Source: an uncultured delta proteobacterium
GTDB taxonomy: Bacteria > Myxococcota > Myxococcia > Myxococcales > Anaeromyxobacteraceae
Reading direction: 5' to 3'
DNA length: 64,000 nt
Assembly: GCA_963766715.1 (NCBI GenBank)
Contig: CAVYBH010000010.1
Coordinates: 1 to 64,000, forward strand
Shown in pieces: positions 54,896 through 64,000 of this stretch. How positions within the stretch are numbered: position 1 is the first letter of the stretch; each line of letters begins with the position of its first letter. The translations under genes were made by a program, and so were the position numbers. The notes beneath the pieces are model-generated. The model saw only the letters and a list, made by a program, of their open reading frames with translations. It did not search any database and was not told where the DNA came from.

Positions 54896-55461
54896 CGGCC
54901 CTGCTCCTGCGGCGGGATCGGCGGCGGCTCGGGCTTGAGCGCCTTGAACCGCGGGTTGTGGGGGTTGTGGCAGTTCACGCAGAGGTAATAGACCTTCTTC
55001 CCGTTCCACATCCCGGTGCGCTTGCCGTGCACGCCGACCTTCCAGTCGCGGTACTTGTCGCCGTGGCACTGCCCGCAGAGCTTGTAGGACTGGGTGAAGG
55101 GGACCTGCTGCCCGTTGATGAGGTGCAGGAAGTCGCGCTTCGCGTTGTCGTGGCAGTCGAGGCACCAGCGGGTCGGCGGCCCGTGGTGGAAGTCGCCCTG
55201 GATCTCGTCGTGGAAGGCGAGCTGGCGCGGCGTGGGGTCGCCCGGGCCGGCGTGGCACTGCGAGCAGGGGAAGATCCCCTCGCTGAACGGGGGAGGCTCG
55301 GCCTGGATGTCCTGGCCGGTGCCGGGCACCTCGGCCGGGGCGGAGGCGGCCGCGGGCGCCGGAGGCGCTGCGGGCGGGCTCTTGGCCAGGGCCGGGATCG
55401 GCAGGGCCACGAGCACGGCTGCCGCGAAGGAGAGCGCGGCGGGCCAGCGTGGAAGGGTCAT
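54892..55461 (-). CDS. Tetraheme cytochrome c
   Basis: CSQCH, CLDCH, CGQCH, CVNCH. Confidence 0.92.
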   Translation of the reverse strand: MTLPRWPAALSFAAAVLVALPIPALAKSPPAAPPAPAAASAPAEVPGTGQDIQAEPPPFSEGIFPCSQCHAGPGDPTPRQLAFHDEIQGDFHHGPPTRWCLDCHDNAKRDFLHLINGQQVPFTQSYKLCGQCHGDKYRDWKVGVHGKRTGMWNGKKVYYLCVNCHNPHNPRFKALKPEPPPIPPQEQGR

Positions 55462-55501
55462 CGATTTCCTCCGTCGCCGCGAGGGTGCGCGGCGCACAGG
55501 C

Positions 55502-55543
55502 AGACTAGGGGGCGAAGACTGCCAGGGGATTGATCCCGATCAG
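55502..55543 (-). promoter_or_regulatory. FNR/CRP-family box and -10 element (class II geometry)
   Basis: TTGAT-CCCG-ATCAG at 55530-55543; TAGTCT on minus strand at 55507-55502. Confidence 0.65.
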
Positions 55544-55564
55544 GACCGGCCCGTCGTTCCACGG

Positions 55565-56971
55565 CTAGGCCTCGCCTGCGCGGGCCCGGGCGACGGGCTG
55601 ACCCGTCCGGTACTCCTTCAGCCGGTACTGGACCTTCCGGACGGAGACGCCGAGGACCTCGGCAGCCCGCGCGGTGGACCCTCCCACCGCGTCGAGGGTG
55701 CGCAGGATGGCTTCCCGCTCGATCTCGAAGAGGCTGGCGCCGGGGATGAGGGCGCTGCCCGCTCCCTCCTCGGGACGCGCGCCGCGGAGGACGGTGGGCA
55801 GGTCGTCGATGCCGACCAGGTCGCCGGTGCAGACGCGCGCCGCCCAGGCCACGGCGTTGTCGAGCTCGCGGACGTTTCCCGGCCAGTCGTAGGCGAAGAG
55901 GGCCGAGAGCGCGCCCGGCGTGAGCCCCTTCAGGCTCTTGCCCAGCGCCCGGCCGTGCACGGCGAGGAAGTGGGCCGCCAGCGCCGGGAGATCGCCCTTG
56001 CGGGCGCGCAGCGGCTGCAGCGCGAGGGCCACCACGTTGAGGCGGTAGTAGAGGTCGTCGCGGAACCGGCCGGCGCGGACCTCTTCCGCGAGGTCGAGCC
56101 GCGTGGAGGCCACCACGCGGACGTCCACGCGCAGCGTCCGGCTCCCGCCCACCCGCTCGTACTCCCCCTGCTGGAGGACCCGGAGCAACTTCACCTGGAG
56201 CGAAGGGCCCAGGCTGGCCACCTCGTGGAGGTAGACGGTGCCGCCGTCGGCCCGCTCGAGCAGCCCTTCCCGCCGGCGCGGGGCGTCGCCCATCACGGTG
56301 CCCTCGCTGCCGAAGAGGCGCGAGTCGAGCAGGGGCTCGGAGAGCCCGGCGCAGCCGCAGCGCACGAATGGCCGGTCGCGCCGGGGCGAGGCCTCGTGGA
56401 TCATCTCGGCCACGAAGGACCGGCCGGTCCCGGCCTCTCCCTGCAGGAGCACGGTGGCCTTGGTGGGAGCGGCCCGGCGGATGACCTCGTCGATGGCGGA
56501 GGCCTCGGGGGCGTTCCCGACGTAGCGCAGCCGGGCCCGGGCCTGGTCGCGGAGCTCACGGGCCTCCCGGCCCATCCGCCGCTTCTCCAGCGCCCGCTGG
56601 ACCACGACCGAGGTCCGGACCGGGTCGTCGGGAAGGACCACGTAGGCCTCCGCGCCGTTGCGCATCGCCTCGATGGCGGCGCTCACGTTCTCCCGCCTGC
56701 AGGTCACGATGAAGGCGGCGTCGGACCCGCCCGCGCGGGCGAGGCTCACGACGGCGGCCGAGCTCCAGCCGCTGGCGCGCGCCGCGCACAGCACCCCGTC
56801 GATGGGCGCGTTGCGCAGGACCTCGATTCCGGCCTCGGCGCTGGCGGCCTCCACGACCTCGAACCCGTCGGCGCGGAGCGAGCCCGCGAGGGTCGCCCGC
56901 TGGGTCGTGTCGGCATCGAGGATGAGGACCCGTTCGGAAGCCACGGGCGGGCCCAAGTGCAATTCACGCAC
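55565..56971 (-). CDS. Degenerate sigma-54 activator-like protein (REC-AAA-Fis HTH)
   Basis: [20 protein letters not shown], Fis HTH; altered Walker A/B and GAFTGA. Confidence 0.88.
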   Translation of the reverse strand: MRELHLGPPVASERVLILDADTTQRATLAGSLRADGFEVVEAASAEAGIEVLRNAPIDGVLCAARASGWSSAAVVSLARAGGSDAAFIVTCRRENVSAAIEAMRNGAEAYVVLPDDPVRTSVVVQRALEKRRMGREARELRDQARARLRYVGNAPEASAIDEVIRRAAPTKATVLLQGEAGTGRSFVAEMIHEASPRRDRPFVRCGCAGLSEPLLDSRLFGSEGTVMGDAPRRREGLLERADGGTVYLHEVASLGPSLQVKLLRVLQQGEYERVGGSRTLRVDVRVVASTRLDLAEEVRAGRFRDDLYYRLNVVALALQPLRARKGDLPALAAHFLAVHGRALGKSLKGLTPGALSALFAYDWPGNVRELDNAVAWAARVCTGDLVGIDDLPTVLRGARPEEGAGSALIPGASLFEIEREAILRTLDAVGGSTARAAEVLGVSVRKVQYRLKEYRTGQPVARARAGEA

Positions 56972-57024
56972 CGGAGCATTTCCGGGGCATATGGCGCAAA
57001 CTCGCGCAACGGTTGCGAGATGGC

Positions 57025-57038
57025 TTGATTCGGGTCAA
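57025..57038. promoter_or_regulatory. Second FNR-like box
   Basis: TTGAT-TCGG-GTCAA upstream of the degenerate activator. Confidence 0.5.
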
Positions 57039-57158
57039 TCGAGGCGCAGCGGCTGGGACCGAAGTCCAACCGTGCCCGGGGTTTCCGCTGCCCCGGGCGC
57101 GTCGACCCCTCCCCCCTCGGCTGGACCGTGGAGAGGGTTTCGGCGCATGATCTGCGCC

Positions 57159-57711
57159 ATGGAAGGTCCGGACCTGGCCCGCCTGCGCGTGCAGAAAGGC
57201 GACATCACGCGGCTCGAGGTCGACGCCATCGTGAACGCGGCGAACTCCGGGCTCCTGCGGGGCGGTGGCGTCTGCGGCGCGATCCACGCCGCGGCGGGGC
57301 CCGGACTGGAGGAGGAGTGCCGGCGGCTCGGCGGGTGCCCGACCGGCGACGCCCGGATCACGTCCGGCCACGGCCTCCCGGCGCGCTGGGTGGTCCACGC
57401 GGTCGGGCCGGTGTGGCGCGGAGGGGGCGCAGGCGAGGACGCGGCGCTCGCCGGAGCCTACCGGCGCTCGCTCGACCTGGCGGCGGAGGCCGGCGCGCGG
57501 ACGATGGCCTTTCCCGCGCTGTCGACCGGGATCTACGGATTCCCCGTCGAGCGCGCGACCCGGATCGCCGTGGCCGAGGTGCTGGCCGGGCTCGAGCGCC
57601 ATCCCCGGCTGGACCAGGTGGTCCTCTGCTGCTTCTCGGATGCGGACCTGGCGACCTACCGCCGCGTCCTGGCCGAGGCGACGCTCGCCCCGGCGCGACC
57701 CCGGTCAGTGA
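57159..57711 (+). CDS. Macrodomain protein (O-acetyl-ADP-ribose deacetylase, YmdB-like); 3' end approximate
   Basis: GDIT..DAIVNAAN..GGGVCGAIH, HAVGP, FPALSTGIYGFP. Confidence 0.92.
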
Positions 57712-58125
57712 GCCGGCTGGGGAACGGGCGCGGTCCGCACCGGGCCGGGCTCGGCCTGCATGGGCGGAGCGGCCTTCTGGTACGGCTCGTCCATCCAGGA
57801 CTCCGAGTACGGAGGATTGGCGAACGGGAAGCGGGTGGCGTTGTCGATCATCGTGAGGCCGATGAGCAGCGCCACGAAGAGCGCGGAGACCACGAGCACC
57901 AGGCGGGCCACGCCCGGTCTCCTCCCAGAGGTGCATGAAGATGACGGCCACCAGCGCGGCCTTCACCGTGGCGATGGAGAGCGCCAGCACCACGCGTGCA
58001 CCGTACGACAGGTGGGTCTTCCACACGGCGACGGTCACGCCGGTGAGCACCATGAGGGCCACCCAGACCAGCACGTAGTGGACGGGGCCGAGGTGCTTGG
58101 CTTCGCTTCGGGTCGTGGCGGTCAC
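57705..58125 (-). CDS. Cytochrome c oxidase subunit IV (frameshift ~57915)
   Basis: YVLVWVAL..LT..T, KAALV..FMHL. Confidence 0.85.
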
Positions 58126-58135
58126 GGTCGCCTCC

Positions 58136-58769
58136 TCAGACCAGGTAGAGCAGCGGGAAGAGGAAGATCCAGATCAGGTCGACCAGGTGCCAGTAGAGCC
58201 CGCTGAGCTCCACCGGCGTGGAGTAGCCGGGGCCGAACTCGTTGCGCCACGCCCGCACCGCCACCCAGCCGAGCAGGCTCATGCCGATGAGCACGTGGAG
58301 CCCGTGCAGGCCGGTCATGAGGAAGTAGACCGTGAAGTACATGCTCACGCCGGGGCCCTGCACGCCGGCGAAGTGGTAGAGCCGCCCGGGCAGCTGCCCG
58401 TCCAGGTAGTGGTGGTAGTACTCGTAGCCCTTCAGCACCATGAACACCGCGCCGAAGCCGATGGTGATGGCGAGGAGCCCGACCACCTTCCGGTTCTCGC
58501 CGTGGCGCGCGTAGTGGATGGCGAGCGCCACCGTGAGCGACGAGGTGATGAGGACCACCGTGTTGGTGGCGCCCATCGCGACGTGGGCGAGCTTGCTCGC
58601 CTCCTCGAAGCCCACCGGGAAGAGGAACCGGTAGATGGCGTAGGCGGTGAAGAGGACCGCGAAGAGCAGGATCTCGGTGGACAGGAAGATCCACATGCCC
58701 ATGCGGGCCGCGTGCTCCTGCGTCTTCATGTCCGGGAAGTGATGGGCGAGGCGCCCCGGAGCGGCGGCT

Positions 58770-58780
<11 letters not shown>
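58136..58780 (-). CDS. coxC: Cytochrome c oxidase subunit III
   Basis: GMWIFLSTE, NT..L..SS, TGLHGLHV, YWHLVD. Confidence 0.93.
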
Positions 58781-60384
<1,604 letters not shown>

Positions 60385-60407
<23 letters not shown>

Positions 60408-61451
60408 AGATGGGACCCTTCTGCGGCTCGGCGGTCGGAGCATCCGTCCGCAGGGACTTGATGAACTCGGCGATGGCGGCGGCGTCGGGCGCGGTGAGCT
60501 TGCCCTGGTAGGTGGGCATGACCGCCTTGTACCCGGCGACGACCTCGGCGTTGGGCTCCATCATGGAGCGGGTCAGGTAGGCCTCGTCGGCGATCAGCGT
60601 GCGCCCGGTCTCCAGCTTCACGGTGCGGCCGTAGAGGTTGAGCCAGGTCGGCCCGATGTGCTGGGTGCCGTCGACGGTGTGGCACTTGAAGCAGCCCTGC
60701 ACGGCGGCGATGCGCCGGCCCTGGTCGACGAGGCTGCCGCGCAGGTCGACCTCCTCGGCGGGGACGGGTGCGCCGTCCTGGGCCACGGGCTGGCTGCCGC
60801 GCCGCTGCTGCTCCATCCAGGCGTCCCACTCCTCGGCGGGCATGACCACCAGCTCGCCGAGCATGGCCGAGTGGCCGAGGCCGCAGAACTCGGCGCAGAA
60901 GATGGGGTAGCGCCCGGGCGACGTCGGCGTTGAACCAGGCCTGCGTGTAGCGGCCCGGCAGCGCGTCCTGCTTGAACCGGAGCGCCGGCACGTAGAAGGA
61001 GTGGATGACGTCGCGCGAGGTGAGCAGCATCCGCACCGGGCGCCCGGCCGGGACGCGGAGCACGTCCGTCGAGTTGGGGCCGCCCGGGTAGGCGAACTTC
61101 CACATCCACTTCTTGCCCTGCACGTAGACGTCGATGGCGCCCTTGGGCGGGGTCTGCAGCTCGACGTACTGCGGGTAGCCGATCGCGAACCAGGAGAGGA
61201 AGAGCACGAGCGGGAGGCCGATGAAGACCGCCTCGTGGATGGGCTTGGGGTCGACGATGGGGGTCGACTGGTCGTGCCTTCTTCCGCTGGAAGCGGAACA
61301 CGAAGACCGTCGCCGTGGCCAGCGTGGTCCAGGCCCCGAGCATCGAGGCGATGAAGACGAAGTAGTGGAGGTAGTCGAGGTGCCGCGCCCACTGGGACGC
61401 CTGCGTCGGCAGGAAGAGCAGACTGCGCAGGAACTCGTTGATCAGGTTCAT
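60385..61451 (-). CDS. coxB: Cytochrome c oxidase subunit II with fused heme c (caa3-type), frameshifted
   Basis: DVIHSF, CAEFCGLGHSAM (CuA), CFKCH. Confidence 0.93.
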
Positions 61452-62257
61452 CGCCTGGCCCCCTTCGCCTCGCGCCGCCAGAAGACGAAGAGCGCGCTGG
61501 CGAGGCCGAAGAGCACGAGGAGGGCGCCGGCCCGCACCAACCCCATCGCGTACGGGACGTACTTCCGCGCCACCGGGTCGTAGCGGTAGCAGGTGAGCAG
61601 GAAGCGGTCGAAGCTGGTTCCCACCTTGCCGGCGCCGGCCTCCACGATGGCCAGCCGCAGGTCGCGGCCGGGGAACTCGACGCCGTAGAGGTAGCGGGAG
61701 ACCCGGCCGTCGGGCGTGAGGACCAGGATGGCCGCGCCGTGGGCGTACTGCTTCGTCTCCTCGTCGAACTTGTAGTGGAATCCGACCGCGTCGGTGACCG
61801 AGCGGATCTCCTTCTCCTGCCCGACCAGGAACGGCCAGACGTCCTTGCGGTCGGCCTTGTCGAAGGACTGGAGGTAGTGCTTCTGGCGCACGAAGCCCTG
61901 CGCCGCCTTCTCGCGCGGGTCGAAGGAGACCGAGAGCGCGGTGTAGTCCTTGCCGAGCTCGAGCCCGGTCTCCTTCATGCCGCGCGCCATGCCGCCCAGG
62001 ATGAGGCCGCACAGCATGGGGCACTCGTAGTAGACGAGGGCCAGCACGACCGGCTTCCCCTTGCCCAGGAAGTCGGCGATCCGGACCGTCTTGCCGTCCT
62101 GGTCGAGGAAGGTCGCGCCGAGCGGGACCTGGGCGTTCAGGCGCTCCTCGATGTCCACGCCCTGCAGCGGCGCCGGACCCTCGGGATCGTCCTCGGCCCT
62201 GGCCGCGGCGGGGAAGCCCACCGAGAGCGCCAGCGCCATGGCGATGGCTCGCCTCAC
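61448..62257 (-). CDS. SCO family protein
   Basis: YECPMLC, YAHG. Confidence 0.92.
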   Translation of the reverse strand: MRRAIAMALALSVGFPAAARAEDDPEGPAPLQGVDIEERLNAQVPLGATFLDQDGKTVRIADFLGKGKPVVLALVYYECPMLCGLILGGMARGMKETGLELGKDYTALSVSFDPREKAAQGFVRQKHYLQSFDKADRKDVWPFLVGQEKEIRSVTDAVGFHYKFDEETKQYAHGAAILVLTPDGRVSRYLYGVEFPGRDLRLAIVEAGAGKVGTSFDRFLLTCYRYDPVARKYVPYAMGLVRAGALLVLFGLASALFVFWRREAKGARR

Positions 62258-62625
62258 GGACGCTCCCCCTTCGCCACGCGGGCCATGGCGTCCTCGATGG
62301 GGACGTGGATCAGGCCGGCGGGCCGGTCGGCCCAGCCCCAGGAGTGGAGCCGCCCGAGCTGGGTCTTGCGCCAGTCGGCGGGCTCGACGGCGAGGGTGAA
62401 GAGGCGCTGCTCGACGATGCCGATCTTGTTCTTCCCGATCTCGGCGGGCGGCGCGGCGGGCCCGTCGGGGAGCACCTCGGCGCGGGTCCGGTCGTAGCCG
62501 AGCCGGATGGTGGCCCAGCTGGCGACGGCGAAGAAGATGAGCGCCGCGACGCCGACCGTGAGGATGCGCGGGGTGCCGATGCGGTCGGGCTCGGCCCGGA
62601 TGACGTGAGGGCTGTGGTCGCTCAT
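62254..62625 (-). CDS. ActG-like small membrane protein
   Basis: One TM; L..WGW.D...G..HVPIE.AM; position between actF and sco. Confidence 0.7.
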   Translation of the reverse strand: MSDHSPHVIRAEPDRIGTPRILTVGVAALIFFAVASWATIRLGYDRTRAEVLPDGPAAPPAEIGKNKIGIVEQRLFTLAVEPADWRKTQLGRLHSWGWADRPAGLIHVPIEDAMARVAKGERP

Positions 62626-63839
62626 TGCTGGGGCTCGTAGTGGAGGGAGTCGGCCAGGAACGGGTCGCGAGCGGGGAGGATGGGGCGTCCCCGCAGGCGG
62701 GACACCACCCAGGCGACCGAGATGCCGCCGATGCCGAGGAAGGCGGCCAGGTCCATCCAGCTGGGGCTGGGGCCTGCCGGCGAGATGCTCGGCATCACCA
62801 CCCAGTAGATGTCCACGTAGTGCACCGCGAGGATCCAGAAGGACATGAAGACGAGCGGCTTCCAGGCGCGCTTCCGCTCCCGCGGCATGAGGATCAGGAA
62901 CGGGAGGACGAACTGGAAGAGGGCCAGGAAGATGCCCACGCCCTTCCATCCGGAATCGGTGCGGACGAGGTACCAGGGCACCTCCTCCGGCAGGTTCGCG
63001 ATCCAGATGAGCAGGTACTGGGAGAAGGCGATGTAGGCCCAGAAGGCGGTGAAGGCGAAGAGGTACTTGCCCATCGAGTGGATGTGGTTCGCGTTGATGG
63101 CGCCCTTGAGGGGCTCCTCGCGCGCGGCGGCCGCCGTCGCGATGATCCAGGCGGCGATGGCGGCGACCAGGCTGCCCGAGAACCAGTAGACGCCGAAGAT
63201 GGTGGAGAAGAGGAAGGCCGAGAGCGACATCTGCCAGTCGAAGGCGGCGAAGGTGATGGCCAGCGCCACGAAGGGGAGGCCGCCCGCGCCCATGCGGCGC
63301 ATCTTGAGCTTGAGCTCGGGGGCGCCGCTCTCGTCCTGGGCGAGCGACCAGCCGCGCATGAGCATTCCCACGCCGAGCCAGATGGCGAAGTAGATCGCCG
63401 CCCGGACCAGGAAGAAGGGCACGTTCATCCAGGGGTGCCGGTGCTCCCAGAGGTGGACGGCCAGCTTCCCCTCCCCGTGGGCCCAGGGCTGGATCGCGGC
63501 GTGGGCGGCGGCCGTGGGGTCGACCCAAGGGAAGATCCGGCCCATGCCGAAGACGATGGGGAGGAAGAGCACCGCGAGCACGGTGAGCGCGGTAGGCAGG
63601 CTCTCGAGGATCCGGCGGACGACGATGTACCACCTGGAGTTGGCGGCCTCGTTGGCCATGAGGAAGACCATGGCCGCGAGCGCGATCCCGGCCCAGTACA
63701 CGAAGGCGGCCAGGTAGGCGTAGAGGGCGCGGCGCGCGTCGATCGCCCCGCCCGCCGCGGTGGCGGCGAGCCCGATGACGCCGACGGCGGCGGCGCGGAT
63801 CATCAGGGTCCTGCCCCCGGTGAAGGGCGCGGCGTTCAT
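62622..63839 (-). CDS. actF: Alternative complex III subunit F-like
   Basis: Many TMs; AFDWQMSL..STIFG, WAYIAFSQYLLIWIANLPEE. Confidence 0.88.
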   Translation of the reverse strand: MNAAPFTGGRTLMIRAAAVGVIGLAATAAGGAIDARRALYAYLAAFVYWAGIALAAMVFLMANEAANSRWYIVVRRILESLPTALTVLAVLFLPIVFGMGRIFPWVDPTAAAHAAIQPWAHGEGKLAVHLWEHRHPWMNVPFFLVRAAIYFAIWLGVGMLMRGWSLAQDESGAPELKLKMRRMGAGGLPFVALAITFAAFDWQMSLSAFLFSTIFGVYWFSGSLVAAIAAWIIATAAAAREEPLKGAINANHIHSMGKYLFAFTAFWAYIAFSQYLLIWIANLPEEVPWYLVRTDSGWKGVGIFLALFQFVLPFLILMPRERKRAWKPLVFMSFWILAVHYVDIYWVVMPSISPAGPSPSWMDLAAFLGIGGISVAWVVSRLRGRPILPARDPFLADSLHYEPQQ

Positions 63840-64000
63840 CGGTTCTCCTTCTCGAGGCGCCCGCGGACGTCGGGGGGCGCCTGCTCGATGCGGGTGCGCT
63901 GGGACAGCTGGAGCGCGCGGACGTAGGCCACGACCGCCCATCGCTCGTCGGTCCCGAGCCACGGACTGTAGGACGGCATGTACCCGTATCCGTCGGTGAT
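63836..64000 (-). CDS. actE: ActE-like cytochrome c, C-terminal fragment
   Basis: ITDGYGYMPSY..ERWAVVAYVRALQLS. Confidence 0.8.
   Translation of the reverse strand: MTDGYGYMPSYSPWLGTDERWAVVAYVRALQLSQRTRIEQAPPDVRGRLEKENR

Noticed and set aside
57159..57711. Macrodomain as part of a DarTG- or Thoeris-like defence system
   Set aside because: Canonical stand-alone YmdB-type sequence with no ART, SIR2 or TIR partner nearby.

Overview
High-GC window from an Anaeromyxobacter-like myxobacterium (Myxococcota), inferred from gene content: bactofilin/PadC locus, short OPX plus beta-barrel EPS export, and ACIII plus caa3 oxidase. Single-base indels break many conserved genes (nadB, pruA, gltB, gltD, coxB, rmuC), which points to long-read or assembly error, so many coordinates are reconstructed across frames. 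Bases 1-7172 are the right-hand part of a more AT-rich integrated element at the 3' end of tRNA-Gly(GCC). It carries Xre-HTH, Prim-Pol/PriCT/AAA_25 primase-helicase, Xis and a tyrosine integrase whose frame appears to run through the antisense tRNA. Its cargo includes a putative TerS-like motif protein, a signal-peptide HNH protein, a hammerhead-like core and a G-rich tract. This is the best candidate for an undescribed system (a phage-satellite-like element). The rest is host chromosome: pgsA, nadB, pyrE, padC/bactofilin, an ABC/HlyD/TolC efflux module with divergent sigma-54 promoters and a two-component system, pruA, a second two-component system, ABC-F, DEAD helicase, MFS, gltBD, an EPS export subcluster with two BY-pseudokinase-like genes, rmuC, a tetraheme-c/FeS/NrfD operon with an FNR-type promoter, a degenerate sigma-54 activator, a macrodomain gene, and the caa3 oxidase/ACIII operon. 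No CRISPR array or rRNA was seen.
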